From IMG/VR virus record IMGVR_UViG_3300032954_000013, positions 1-60,827 of that record: a stretch of 60,827 nucleotides of DNA. One strand, 5' to 3'. Numbering within the stretch: the stretch's first letter is position 1; each line of letters starts with the position of its first letter. Positions 17,386 through 27,718 of this stretch are shown piece after piece. The stretch is from a virus (lineage: Duplodnaviria; Caudoviricetes). The notes below the pieces were generated by a model. The model worked only from the letters and a program-made list of their open reading frames with translations, made no database searches and was not told the origin of the DNA. The translations under genes were made by a program, and so were the position numbers.

Positions 17386-17840
17386 TGGCCAACAATACGC
17401 GCGCCAACGTCGACACAGCCCTGCTTGCCCAACTCGACGCAGCCTACGATTGGGCGATCGATTCCTCAATGCACTTCCGTTCGTGGGATGGCCAGGGAAA
17501 GGTCGACGGAACCGACCAGCCGTGCCTTTTCCTCCGGCGTATTGCGGAGGAAATCGTCCAGCAGCGTGCCTACGGCGCGAACAAGTACATCTTTCATTAT
17601 GAGGCGTGGATTTACGTGCGCGTGGACAATGACGACATCGCCGACAATCCCTACGCGCAGCTCAACCCCATCGTCGACGCGATCGACAAGGCGATGCTCC
17701 CCAATCCCGTGACTGACCGCAACAATCTGAGCGGGCTCGTCGACAACTGCCGCATCGCCGGGCAAATTTTCATCGCCGATGGGACCGACAACGGGCAGGC
17801 CGTCATTCGAATTCCGATAGATGTGTTCACAGCTGTATAA
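17385..17840 (+). CDS. Putative tail terminator
   Basis: Acidic 151-aa protein immediately before the tail tube gene. Confidence 0.6.
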   Translation: MANNTRANVDTALLAQLDAAYDWAIDSSMHFRSWDGQGKVDGTDQPCLFLRRIAEEIVQQRAYGANKYIFHYEAWIYVRVDNDDIADNPYAQLNPIVDAIDKAMLPNPVTDRNNLSGLVDNCRIAGQIFIADGTDNGQAVIRIPIDVFTAV

Positions 17841-17855
17841 GATATAGAAACGCTT
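17840..17855 (+). promoter_or_regulatory. Conserved late motif AGATATAGAAACGCTT (copy 4)
   Basis: Followed by AGGAG and ATG at 17869. Confidence 0.8.
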
Positions 17856-17868
17856 CTAGGAGACATCG

Positions 17869-18666
17869 ATGAGCGTCCCGAACACGTACAGCACCCAGAT
17901 TCAATTCGGCGCAGGCTACGTCTACGGACTGAATCTTGGCTCCTCCTACGGTGCCGCTCCCTCGCTGATCATTCCCGGCCGGTTCATCACCATCCAAGAC
18001 GCCTCGATCGACATGACCTTCACGATCAAGGAGCTGCTCGGCGCGACCGAGTTTGCCGAGGACATCGCGTCGGCCTCGAAGAAAATCACCGGCAAGATCA
18101 CGACGGGCCGCATCGACCTGAACCTGCTCAACCAACTCGTGTTCGCCGATACCTTCGCGTCCGGGCAGTTGAGCGCAATCGCGAATCTTGAGCCGCACAC
18201 GATCGCCGCATCCCCGACCGATACGGTCCAGGTCACGAACAACACGACATTCGTGCAGGACCTGGGCGTCTTCTATTCGGCACAGTTCAACGGCAACAAC
18301 GCCATTCAACTCGTGCCCGTCGCCTCATCGCCGGCTCAAGGTCAGTACGTCTGCAATCCGATCACGGGAACCTATACGTTCAACGGCGCCGATGCCGGAC
18401 AGGGAGTCTGGATTTCCTACGAATACACGACGACTTCCGGGCATACGCTGACCATGACGAACAAGCTCATGGGCTCCGGTCGTCCCGTTTTCCAGCTTTA
18501 CCTCTCGCAACCCTACAACGGCAACAACGACATGATCCTGTTCTACTGCCGCGCCTCGAAACTCAATATCCCGCAGAAGCGCGAGGACTACCTGATTCTT
18601 GAAATCGACTTCCAGTGTGCCGCGAACGCCGCCAATCAGGTTTTTCAATGGACCTCGCCGGTCTGA
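17869..18666 (+). CDS. Major tail (tube) protein with inserted beta domain
   Basis: Position, size, beta-rich pattern QFGAG..IQDASIDMTFTIKELLG. Confidence 0.8.
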   Translation: MSVPNTYSTQIQFGAGYVYGLNLGSSYGAAPSLIIPGRFITIQDASIDMTFTIKELLGATEFAEDIASASKKITGKITTGRIDLNLLNQLVFADTFASGQLSAIANLEPHTIAASPTDTVQVTNNTTFVQDLGVFYSAQFNGNNAIQLVPVASSPAQGQYVCNPITGTYTFNGADAGQGVWISYEYTTTSGHTLTMTNKLMGSGRPVFQLYLSQPYNGNNDMILFYCRASKLNIPQKREDYLILEIDFQCAANAANQVFQWTSPV

Positions 18667-18759
18667 AGTGGTAGCATCCCGCCGTTAGTCCTCTAGGCCC
18701 TCCTTCCACTCGCGCCGCTTGGCGCCGAGGCAGAACAAAAATTCACCTTGAGGTGCCTC

Positions 18760-19131
18760 GTGGCATTCATTCGCAAACGCTCCGTAACCCTCGACGAAGT
18801 GACCGTGAAGATCGCGCCGCTGTTCTCGAAGCAAGTCGAAGACTTCCTCGCCCAGCAGGACAAGATTCTCGATAGCGTGGATCTTCCGGTCGAGCAAAAA
18901 GCCAAGAGCATGGAACGGCTCTGGCTGCAACTCGTGGCGACATCGATCGATAACGCCGCCCGCGACGGAAATTTCGAGCCGCGGGCGCTGCTTGAAGAGT
19001 TCGATCCCGAAAAGCTTCTGTCGCTCTACGACAAGACGCTCTGCCTCGATTTCCTGAAGTCCGAAATTATGAAGATGAGCGGCATGGCCGAGCGCGGGAG
19101 GATTACGGGCCCGGAAGCGAAGAGCGCGTAG
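18760..19131 (+). CDS. Tail assembly chaperone (gpG-like)
   Basis: Between tail tube and tape measure; GAGG RBS. Confidence 0.65.
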   Translation: MAFIRKRSVTLDEVTVKIAPLFSKQVEDFLAQQDKILDSVDLPVEQKAKSMERLWLQLVATSIDNAARDGNFEPRALLEEFDPEKLLSLYDKTLCLDFLKSEIMKMSGMAERGRITGPEAKSA

Positions 19132-19157
19132 AATTCGCCGAGCTGCGCGCCTTCATC

Positions 19158-19475
19158 ATGGCTGCAATGAAGTGGACGCTTGAGGAATTCGACCGGCAGC
19201 CGTTTCCGCTGGTAATCGAGTTGCTGGATCATTTCGCGATTCATCCGCCCGAGAGCCTGCTGCTTGAGGGCATGGTCGGCTGGAAGCCGAAGCTGAGGAA
19301 GAAAGCGAAGGGGTATGAGAATGAGGCCGCGTTCGCGAAAGCGGGATTGCTTCCTAGCAGAGAGAACACGGCACCGGACGAGCGCGGTTTGCCGGATTGG
19401 GTGAGAGCCGCGCGGCAGGAAATGCGGGTGAAGAAAATGGCAGCGCAGATAGAGGCGAAGAAGAATGGCAAGTAG
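19158..19475 (+). CDS. Tail assembly chaperone C-terminal ORF (gpT-like)
   Basis: In the -1 frame relative to the upstream ORF, open back across its stop, no clear RBS. Confidence 0.6.
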   Translation: MAAMKWTLEEFDRQPFPLVIELLDHFAIHPPESLLLEGMVGWKPKLRKKAKGYENEAAFAKAGLLPSRENTAPDERGLPDWVRAARQEMRVKKMAAQIEAKKNGK

Positions 19476-21621
19476 CGCAATCGTAGTCTCCATTGGCGCC
19501 GATGTTTCCGGTCTTACTTCCGGAATGACTGAAGCCTCGCATAGCCTTGCTTCTGTCGGCAGCGCGGGATTAAGGGCCGGCGAGCAACTAACCCGCGGCG
19601 GAGCCGCTTTCGAAGAAGCCAAGCTTGCCGCCGGTGCAATGACAGGCTCGATCGAGGAATTGACCCGCGGCTTCGCAAAGTTGGCCGCTGAAAGTCCCGC
19701 CGTTTCAAATCTTCTGCGCGCCGCTATCCCAGTTCTAGCAATCGTTGCGGCAGTCGAAGTCTTTAATGAACTCACGAATAAAATCAGGGAAGAACGCGAT
19801 GCGGTAGAACAGCTCGGGACGGAATACGCGAACTGGTCCGGCACGGCCGTCAAGGGCGTGGAGAGCGTATATCAGGAGGCCCTGAAGCTGGAGAAAGACA
19901 ATCCCATTGCCATAGCGGCGGATGAAGCTCGCCAGAAACTCCTGCAGATGGACGAGCAAATCACCAAAGACATCACCGACCTGAATAAGTTGATTGAGAC
20001 GAAAAACATAGGCTTCTGGTCCTCCTTTGTCACCGGAGCAATGTCGACATCGGATGTCGGCAAGGCTCTCAAGCAGCCGATTCTCGATGTCCAAGAAGCC
20101 ATGAATGCCGTGCGAACGGCAGAGGAGACCTTGGAACTTGACAAAATCAATAAGGTCTCCGGCGAACAGCTCGCCTCCGATCAAAAGGCCATAGATAAAG
20201 CCAAGGAAGAGGCAAGCGCCAGAATTGCAGCCCTCGCTTCAGTGGCCGAAGCACAGCAAAAGCTGACAGAACAGCGAAAGGCTGAGATAGAAAAGCCCAT
20301 CCCGGGCGATGTGTTCGGACTGCCCAAGGAGGACATTGAAAAACGATTTCAGCCTGCCCTCGAAATGATCCAGCAAATCCGGCTCGGTATCTACGCGATG
20401 CAGACGGAATTGAGTCAAGAGGGAACAATTGCATCCGACATCAACAATCGCGGATATGCCGAGGCATTGAAAGCCGGCCAGAACGAAAACGAACTCGCGC
20501 GTAAAAATGCACAGGAAGAACTTACGGTACTTGAACGTCAGTCGGCCGAAGCCAAGAAATTTGCTGCCGATGAGGCCTCCATCGGCAAGAAGAACGCGGA
20601 AGAAGAATTAGAGCGGCTTGAACGCGCCGCGGCGGCCCGAAAAAAGGCGGGCGAGGAACAGTTGGCGGCAACGCGATCCCAAATCGACGCGATACACGAT
20701 GAAATAGCCGGATGGGATGCGGACGTGGCGGCCGAGAAACGGGCCACTGAAGTCGCCAAGGCGGAATCGCCACACAGTCCGGCGGCCGCAAGAACAGCGG
20801 AAAGGGCTGAAATGGCGGCTTTGGCCTTTGAGATAGCGAATGTTACGTCCGCCATGAAGGCGCTTTCTCTGGAAGAATCAAAATTAACCGCCTTGCCAGA
20901 CAAGACTGATCAGCAAAAAGAACAAATAAAGGCGCTTCAAGGCGAGTACGACCAACTCCTTAGAAAGCTTCAGGAACTTCAGAATTCCTATCTGCAGTTA
21001 TCGGTCAAGATCGGCACGGCCACGCAATCAATGGTTAATGCAGCGTGGGTTGGGTTCGATAAATTCAATGAAGGCATTATCAGGGTGATGGAAAACAGCC
21101 AAAGTCTCGGCAGGGCAATGCAGCAGGTCTGGAACTCGATAGCGAGCGCGGTAATCACCGCGCTGTTGCGAACCGTCGAGCAAATGATCATCAACGCCGC
21201 TGTTCAAAAGTCGATCACCGACAGCACAAAAATTTCTGAGGCCGCTGCGGCGGCGCGCCGTACCTACGCAAGTGTCTCGGCGATTCCTTACATTGGCTGG
21301 ATTCTCGCGCCACCAGCGGCGGCAGCGGCGTTCGCTGCGGTTCTCGCATTTGAACGAGGCGGCATCATCCCCGGCGGTATCGGAGAGGCTGTTCCCATGC
21401 TCGGCCACGGGCAGGAGATGGTCCTTCCGGCGCATGTCTCCAACTGGGTGCTGCAGGCCGCGGGAGCGCGCCCGGACGGCTCGGGGGGCAGCAGCAATTT
21501 TCATTATCACGCGCCGGAGGTCAGCGCATTTGATTCGGGCGGCCTTGATCGCGTGTTGAATAACCATGCGGATCGATTCGGCCGCGCCGCGATGCATTAC
21601 CTCAGACGGAGGGCGATGTAG
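19465..21621 (+). CDS. Tape measure protein
   Basis: 718-aa Ala-rich helical protein; N-terminal IVVSIGADVSGL; C-terminal FERGG..HGQEMVLPA. Confidence 0.88.
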   Translation: MASSAIVVSIGADVSGLTSGMTEASHSLASVGSAGLRAGEQLTRGGAAFEEAKLAAGAMTGSIEELTRGFAKLAAESPAVSNLLRAAIPVLAIVAAVEVFNELTNKIREERDAVEQLGTEYANWSGTAVKGVESVYQEALKLEKDNPIAIAADEARQKLLQMDEQITKDITDLNKLIETKNIGFWSSFVTGAMSTSDVGKALKQPILDVQEAMNAVRTAEETLELDKINKVSGEQLASDQKAIDKAKEEASARIAALASVAEAQQKLTEQRKAEIEKPIPGDVFGLPKEDIEKRFQPALEMIQQIRLGIYAMQTELSQEGTIASDINNRGYAEALKAGQNENELARKNAQEELTVLERQSAEAKKFAADEASIGKKNAEEELERLERAAAARKKAGEEQLAATRSQIDAIHDEIAGWDADVAAEKRATEVAKAESPHSPAAARTAERAEMAALAFEIANVTSAMKALSLEESKLTALPDKTDQQKEQIKALQGEYDQLLRKLQELQNSYLQLSVKIGTATQSMVNAAWVGFDKFNEGIIRVMENSQSLGRAMQQVWNSIASAVITALLRTVEQMIINAAVQKSITDSTKISEAAAAARRTYASVSAIPYIGWILAPPAAAAAFAAVLAFERGGIIPGGIGEAVPMLGHGQEMVLPAHVSNWVLQAAGARPDGSGGSSNFHYHAPEVSAFDSGGLDRVLNNHADRFGRAAMHYLRRRAM

Positions 21622-21624
21622 ACC

Positions 21625-22812
21625 ATGCCCATCGGAGCGAGTTCCAATCGTATTTTCACGCCGCCCCAGGGCCCGGGCTCGCTCGGCTCGTGGACCTGGC
21701 CGATCACCAAGACGCCGCTATTCGGAACTCTCAAGCAGACGCCCGTCAATCTGAGGAACGAAGTACGTCTCTCGGAGACGCCGTACCCGATCTGGCTCTT
21801 TGATTACGATTTTGGGTACCTCAAGGGTGCCGAGTATATTCCCAACAGTTCGAACAACTCGGGACTCGCCTATGTCCTGGGATTCTATGGGGCGTCCCTC
21901 TCAAGCGCGGATAGTTGGCTCTTTCAGGATCCCTATGACAATACGGTGACTGATGAACCGTTCGGCTATGGCGACGGCGCGACAACGCAATTCCAGCTCG
22001 TTCGATCGATCAATGGCGTTTTCCCTGACATCATCCAGAATCCGAATGTCATCACCAACATCAAGCAGGCGGGAACGCCACTCACGCCGATTTCAGGGAG
22101 CGGCTATTACATCGGCCTTGAAAATCTCCTCCAGCAATCGGAGGGGTTTGCGACTTCGCCGTGGGTTGCCGGGAGCACGGGCGGCGCTTCCGTGCCGACA
22201 TTGACAGGGGGACAGACCGGTCCCGATGGGGCGAGCACGGCTTTTCAAATTGCGCTGCCGACGACGAGCGGTTCTCAGAGTTCTTATCTCGTGCAGACGG
22301 TGCCCAGTTTCGCTTACTGGGGCCAGACCTTCACGTTCTCGGTATGGCTCAAGGCCAGTTCCCCATCGACTCCATTCCAGATCAGTCTCGGAGAAACATC
22401 GCCAGCTTCGGTGACACCGGCAGTGCAATCCCTCTCGCTCACGACATCCTGGGTTCGCTACACGGTAACGGGCACCTACCCCGTAATCGGCATTCCCGGA
22501 TATGCGCCGAGCGTCTGGATGGCGCAAACCGCCGGCCATTCATCCTCGACTGTCTATGCTTACGGCGCGCAGCTTGAACGCAATGCGACCGCGAGCGGCT
22601 ATATCAAGACGACAACCAGCTATTCGATTCCGAACGGAGTCGTGACATTCCGCATTGCGCCGCCAGCGGGAGCGCAACTCACTTGGACAGGCTCGTTCTG
22701 GTTTCGTTGCAGATTCGATGAAGAGCAGCTTCAGGATTTGCGGCAGCAGCTCTACCAGATTTGGGAGCTTCAATCGCTCAAGTTCCGCAGCGTCATCTTG
22801 GGGGATGTGTGA
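21625..22812 (+). CDS. DUF2460-like distal tail protein with inserted CBM-like domain
   Basis: FGYGDGATTQFQL and VTF..APPAGAQLTWTGSF..RCRFD flank an insert NLLQQSE..TFSVWLK..YGAQLE. Confidence 0.8.
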   Translation: MPIGASSNRIFTPPQGPGSLGSWTWPITKTPLFGTLKQTPVNLRNEVRLSETPYPIWLFDYDFGYLKGAEYIPNSSNNSGLAYVLGFYGASLSSADSWLFQDPYDNTVTDEPFGYGDGATTQFQLVRSINGVFPDIIQNPNVITNIKQAGTPLTPISGSGYYIGLENLLQQSEGFATSPWVAGSTGGASVPTLTGGQTGPDGASTAFQIALPTTSGSQSSYLVQTVPSFAYWGQTFTFSVWLKASSPSTPFQISLGETSPASVTPAVQSLSLTTSWVRYTVTGTYPVIGIPGYAPSVWMAQTAGHSSSTVYAYGAQLERNATASGYIKTTTSYSIPNGVVTFRIAPPAGAQLTWTGSFWFRCRFDEEQLQDLRQQLYQIWELQSLKFRSVILGDV

Positions 22813-22953
22813 TGTGGGCCTTCCCGGGGAGTCGCATTTTCTGGCCGGTCCATCGGTATCCTGCAGAACGCCGACCCTGCGCCAGTGATGTATCCCCGGG
22901 CGTCGCTAAAAGCAAGCGACAGGCTGGCCGACAGCCTGCGGAGAAAGTATAAC

Positions 22954-23892
22954 GTGAAATCGTTCAGCGCGGCACTCCTGAAGGTGCTGCAAAACAACCC
23001 GCAGTCGATTCAGTTCAGGCCCGATCTGTTCGTCATTACATTTCGCAACGGCCAGACGATCTATGTTACCGACGGGCAACTCGATCTCGTCTACAACGGC
23101 AGCATTACGATTCCGAGCAACACGCCGACGGTCATCAATTTCAGCAATCAGCGGTTCTATGCGACGAAATACGGCTCCTGGAAACGCGGGAAAATATCGA
23201 GTGCCGCCACCTTCGATCTCGCTTCGAAAGACACGGACCTGACCCTCGTCGCGGACGACGCGGTCCTATTCCCCGGCACGAGCCTGCCGATCATGCAGGC
23301 GCTCAATTACGGCCTGTTTGATCGCGCGAATGTGCTCGTGCTCACTGCCTACATGCCCAGCTATGGAGATTTGAGCCTTGGCCTTGAGATCAAATTCCAG
23401 GGACAGATCACGAAGCTTGAAAATGCCGGACGCAGCATGGCGCGATGGAAAGTGAACGACGGACTCTATCTGCTCAAGCTCCCGTGGCCCCCGAACCTGC
23501 TTCAGTCTCCGTGCCGCCACGTCCTCTACAATCCGAACTGCACGCTCAATCAGGCCAGCTTTACCGATAACTACACCGCAGCAAGTGGAAGCACGCAGTT
23601 GACCGTGAACACGACGGTCTCGCTTCTCCATTCCGGCGACGCCAGCTATTACGTGCAGGGCGTGCTTACCTGGCTGACCGGGCAGAACGCCGGCCTGACA
23701 TCGACAGTGAAGGCGCAGGCATCCGCAAGCGTGACATTGATGGCCGCCGCGCTCTTTCCGGTCGCAACGGGGGATACCTTCTCGCTGTCTGCCGGATGCG
23801 ATAAAACGACCGGAACCTGCGCGAATCGTTTCGGCAATTTGATTCACTATGGAGGCGAGCCTCTCGTTCCCGTGCCGGAATTCAGCGTATGA
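22954..23892 (+). CDS. DUF2163/BR0599-like tail hub protein
   Basis: GLFDRA, CRHVLYNPNC, GCDKT..C..RFGN..YGGEP; GGAG RBS before GTG 22954. Confidence 0.88.
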   Translation: MKSFSAALLKVLQNNPQSIQFRPDLFVITFRNGQTIYVTDGQLDLVYNGSITIPSNTPTVINFSNQRFYATKYGSWKRGKISSAATFDLASKDTDLTLVADDAVLFPGTSLPIMQALNYGLFDRANVLVLTAYMPSYGDLSLGLEIKFQGQITKLENAGRSMARWKVNDGLYLLKLPWPPNLLQSPCRHVLYNPNCTLNQASFTDNYTAASGSTQLTVNTTVSLLHSGDASYYVQGVLTWLTGQNAGLTSTVKAQASASVTLMAAALFPVATGDTFSLSAGCDKTTGTCANRFGNLIHYGGEPLVPVPEFSV

Positions 23893-24359
23893 CCGAGCAA
23901 GAAGCAAGAGAAGCCATCGTCGCTGAGGCGGTCACTTATCTGGGAACGCCTTTCGTCGATTGCCAGCATGTCAAGGGCGCCGGTGTCGACTGCGGGATGA
24001 TGCCGCTCTCCGTCTACGCGACGGTCGGCGTGATGCAGTGGTTCGAACCCGGCCATTACTCGGTGCAGATTCATCAGCACAAGACCGAGGACGAACAGCG
24101 GGCATCGGGCCAGAAGCCTTATCGCGACTTCGTTCGCGAGCACATGCGGGAGATTCCGGAATCGGAAGTAAAGCCCGGCGATTTCGTCCTCTACTTCTAC
24201 GGCAAATGCTTCTCGCACGGAGCGATCGTGATTGAATGGCCGCACAAGATCATTCACGCCTGCGCCGGCGAGGGAGTTATTTTCGATGATCCGGCGAGAA
24301 ATGGGAGGCTAATGCGGCGGCGGAGGGAATTCTACACGGTTTTCGGAGGAGAGATCTGA
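23889..24359 (+). CDS. NlpC/P60 family tail-associated peptidase
   Basis: YLGTPF, GAGVDC, PGD, SHGAI, IIHA. Confidence 0.9.
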   Translation: MTEQEAREAIVAEAVTYLGTPFVDCQHVKGAGVDCGMMPLSVYATVGVMQWFEPGHYSVQIHQHKTEDEQRASGQKPYRDFVREHMREIPESEVKPGDFVLYFYGKCFSHGAIVIEWPHKIIHACAGEGVIFDDPARNGRLMRRRREFYTVFGGEI

Positions 24360-27300
24360 TGTTCGGAATGGGCGGCCAGAAAATTACTCGTCTCAATCAC
24401 ATTCCCATCACGCAATCGGTCCAGGCCGTCGCCCTTCCGATCGTTCTGGGCCAGGATCGCATTGAAATGTTCCTGCTCTGGTATGGCAATTTCAAATCCA
24501 AAAACGCGGGCGGGAAAAAAGGCGGAAGCGGCAAGGGCTTGGGCGCCAAGGGACAGGGCTACACTTACACGGCCTCTGTTCAAGCCGCGCTCTGCCAAGG
24601 CCCGAGTTCTGGAATCGTCAGCGTCTGGGGATCAAACGGGAAATTCATCCAGCAGACGGCAAGCGAGAACTACACCGTTCCCGGCGGCGGCGGAAGCTAC
24701 ACGTCGGCCAACGCTGCGCTCTTTGCGAACGATGCAGGGGTAGGCGTCCAGACATCCTACAGCCAGGCTGTGAACGATTACGGCTCGCCCGGGCCGACCA
24801 CCCTGTCCGGCACTTACTTGGTTCCGCTGACGGCCGTTTCTTCCTCTCCCGGACTCAACCAATACAGCATCAATCCGTCGACCGGCGTTTACACATTCGG
24901 AGCGGCGATGGCCGGCAAGACGGTAACCGTTTCGTACACGTATTACTACTACTATTACGATACGGAAGAGACCGACATCATTCCGTCGACCGGCCCATAC
25001 CAGATCACCGTTACAAACGCCGCGAACTTCAAGGCCGACCTCGGCGTCGCCTACGATCCAAGCGGCATCGCGCTCACGAAGATTTCATCGGGAACGCCCG
25101 CATCCGGCCAGTACAAGGTAAGCAGCGGCGTCTACACGTTCGCTGCAGCGGACGCGAATAAGGCGGTCACGATCTCTTACGAGTGGCAAAATCAGACGAC
25201 CGAACCGAATGCCCCCAATACGCTCGGCTATACATTCTTCAGCGGCACGCTCGGCCAATCCGTCTGGCCTTTCCTGACCTCGAACTTTCCAGGCGCCGCA
25301 CTGGGCTACAGCCAGATCGCACACGTTGATTTCCAGACTCTCTATCTCGGAGAGGCGGCTACTGTTCCGCCGCTGACTTTTGAGATGATGGGCCGCGATC
25401 AGTACGGTTCCGGCATCGTGGACTGCAACCCCGCCGATTGCATTCTCGACATGCTCACCTCGACGGATGCGGGCATTGGCGCGGGCAGCCCGCTGACATT
25501 TCCACCAGCGTATGTCGGCTCGCTTTCGCAGGCGCGCAAGTGCTGGTCGGCCTACAGTTTCTTTATTTCGAACGCTTACAAGAACCAACAGGACGCGCAG
25601 AGTGTGCTCGCCGCTTGGCTTGAAGCCGGACAGGTCGGGGCGTTCTGGTCGGAAGGCGTGCTGAAATTCGTGCCCTACGCCGATACGTCGGCGGCCGGCA
25701 ATGGACAAATCTACGTTGCCAACACGCAGCCTATTGTGCAGTTAGACGATTCGGACTTCATCGCGGGCGAGAACGAGGATCCGATCAAGATCACCGAGAA
25801 AGAGGCGCCGGACCGATTCAACCGCGTTGCAATCGATTGGGTGGTGCGATCCAACAGCTACAATCATGACATCCTCTACGAAGAGGACCTTTCCGACATT
25901 CAGGCGAACGGCTTGCGGCAGGAAGGGCCAACGACCTACGAATTCATCAAGACGCTTGCAGCCGCGCAGTACGCGGCCTCGACACGCGTCAAGCGGCTCG
26001 TTTATATCTACAGGCAGTACGCTTTCAACTTAAGCTGGATTTACAGCTACCTTGAGCCGATGGACATCGTGCTCATCGCCGATCCCCGCCTCTGGGGTTC
26101 CTATATTCCAGTCCGCATCATCTCCATCGAAGACGATCCCAAGAACGGGCTGGCCATTACGGCGGAAAATTTCCCATGGGGCACGGCAACCGCGTCGCTG
26201 TTCACAAAGCAGACCGTCACACCGAGCTTCCCGCTACAGGGCGGCCAAGACCCGGGATCGATCAACCCGCCGATCATCTTCGAGGCGCCCAACCGCATCA
26301 CAGGCGCGGCGCCGGGAGCATCCGCACAGGCTGGCTACTATCTGGGCTTCGGAATTTGCGGAGCGAATCCGGCGAACTGGGGCGGCTGCAACGTCTGGAT
26401 GTCGGAAGACGGGAACACCTACAAATACGCCGGAACTGTTTACTATCCTTCGCGGATGGGTGTGCTGACCGCGAATTTCCCGAGCGGCAGCGATCCCGAC
26501 ACGGTGAACACATGCTCGGTCGATCTTTCCGAAAGCAGCGCCAACCTGACGAGCGCGAGCACGGCCGACGCCGATGCAGACCGAACGCTGTGCCTCGTGG
26601 ACAATGAACTGATTTCCTACTCCACTGCGACGCTCGTCGCGGGCAGCCTTTACAATCTCACGACTTATATTCGCCGCGGCCAGATGACGACCGCAATTGC
26701 CGCGCATACGACAGGCGCACCGTTCCTTCGCCTTGACGACTCTGTCTTCTACTGGCAGTACGACGCCACGATGATCGGCAAAACGCTCTATTTCAAATTC
26801 ACGTCCTTCAACACGCTCACGCAGATGGAACAGGAGTTGTCCCAGGTCACTGCCTACACGATCACACCGAGCGGAAACAGCATTGGCTTGCTTACGCCTG
26901 CGCATTCGAGCTATCGACCGCTCACGAATCCACTGACGGGGCATGATGCTGGATCAAGCGCGACGATCAACGTCGCCGCCTTCACGATGCGCGTGCCGGG
27001 ACAGGACATCTCCGAGAATTCCGGCTCGATTACGGGTCTCGCGTACAACACGCTCTATTACGTGTACTTTGATGATCCCAATTTCACGGGTGGCACGGTG
27101 AGCTATCAAGCAACGACGGCGAAAGAGACGGCACTTGACGTTGCCGCAAGATTATTTGTTGGGTCAATTCAGACACCATTAGCTGGGGCTCTTGATACGA
27201 CCGGGAATGGTGATGGCGGAAGCGGCGCTCAAAGCGGAATGATGAATGTTCTATCTCCTTCGACAGTCACATCTTCGCTAGTAGGAAACGGATCGGCGTC

Positions 27301-27718
27301 CAATATCCTGAACGCAATCGACGGTAACGACACGACGTTCGCAACTCTTTCGGCGACCGGAAACGGCAGTTCCAATCAAGCAGGATTGGATTTTACGATC
27401 CCGCCAGGCATTGCACGGCGCTATCAATCGATGACGATCGAGATCGTGTATTCCGTGCCCACCAATTCCTTGAACGCGTCACCAGCCCGCACCTGCGCCA
27501 GCCTGGCAGCATTCGGGCCAACCGGATCAGCGCTTGGCGGCGATCTCATTGCAGCTGGCTCAGGTGCTATCACCAAGCGGATTTCGACAATCACGATACC
27601 ACTTGGAACGAATGTCGGTGCTGTAAGCATTAATCCGGGGATCAATTTGAATTCAAGCTCGACATCCGGCAGCATTACCCTTCAAATTTACGAAGTGAGA
27701 ATAAAGGCCATCGAATGA
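24359..27718 (+). CDS. Central tail tip/host-specificity protein (Phage-tail_3-like)
   Basis: 1119 aa; DCNPADCILD, WSEGVLK, LEPMD, WGGC, YIRRG, YFKFTSFN; follows NlpC/P60 as in GTA-type tails. Confidence 0.85.
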   Translation: MFGMGGQKITRLNHIPITQSVQAVALPIVLGQDRIEMFLLWYGNFKSKNAGGKKGGSGKGLGAKGQGYTYTASVQAALCQGPSSGIVSVWGSNGKFIQQTASENYTVPGGGGSYTSANAALFANDAGVGVQTSYSQAVNDYGSPGPTTLSGTYLVPLTAVSSSPGLNQYSINPSTGVYTFGAAMAGKTVTVSYTYYYYYYDTEETDIIPSTGPYQITVTNAANFKADLGVAYDPSGIALTKISSGTPASGQYKVSSGVYTFAAADANKAVTISYEWQNQTTEPNAPNTLGYTFFSGTLGQSVWPFLTSNFPGAALGYSQIAHVDFQTLYLGEAATVPPLTFEMMGRDQYGSGIVDCNPADCILDMLTSTDAGIGAGSPLTFPPAYVGSLSQARKCWSAYSFFISNAYKNQQDAQSVLAAWLEAGQVGAFWSEGVLKFVPYADTSAAGNGQIYVANTQPIVQLDDSDFIAGENEDPIKITEKEAPDRFNRVAIDWVVRSNSYNHDILYEEDLSDIQANGLRQEGPTTYEFIKTLAAAQYAASTRVKRLVYIYRQYAFNLSWIYSYLEPMDIVLIADPRLWGSYIPVRIISIEDDPKNGLAITAENFPWGTATASLFTKQTVTPSFPLQGGQDPGSINPPIIFEAPNRITGAAPGASAQAGYYLGFGICGANPANWGGCNVWMSEDGNTYKYAGTVYYPSRMGVLTANFPSGSDPDTVNTCSVDLSESSANLTSASTADADADRTLCLVDNELISYSTATLVAGSLYNLTTYIRRGQMTTAIAAHTTGAPFLRLDDSVFYWQYDATMIGKTLYFKFTSFNTLTQMEQELSQVTAYTITPSGNSIGLLTPAHSSYRPLTNPLTGHDAGSSATINVAAFTMRVPGQDISENSGSITGLAYNTLYYVYFDDPNFTGGTVSYQATTAKETALDVAARLFVGSIQTPLAGALDTTGNGDGGSGAQSGMMNVLSPSTVTSSLVGNGSASNILNAIDGNDTTFATLSATGNGSSNQAGLDFTIPPGIARRYQSMTIEIVYSVPTNSLNASPARTCASLAAFGPTGSALGGDLIAAGSGAITKRISTITIPLGTNVGAVSINPGINLNSSSTSGSITLQIYEVRIKAIE

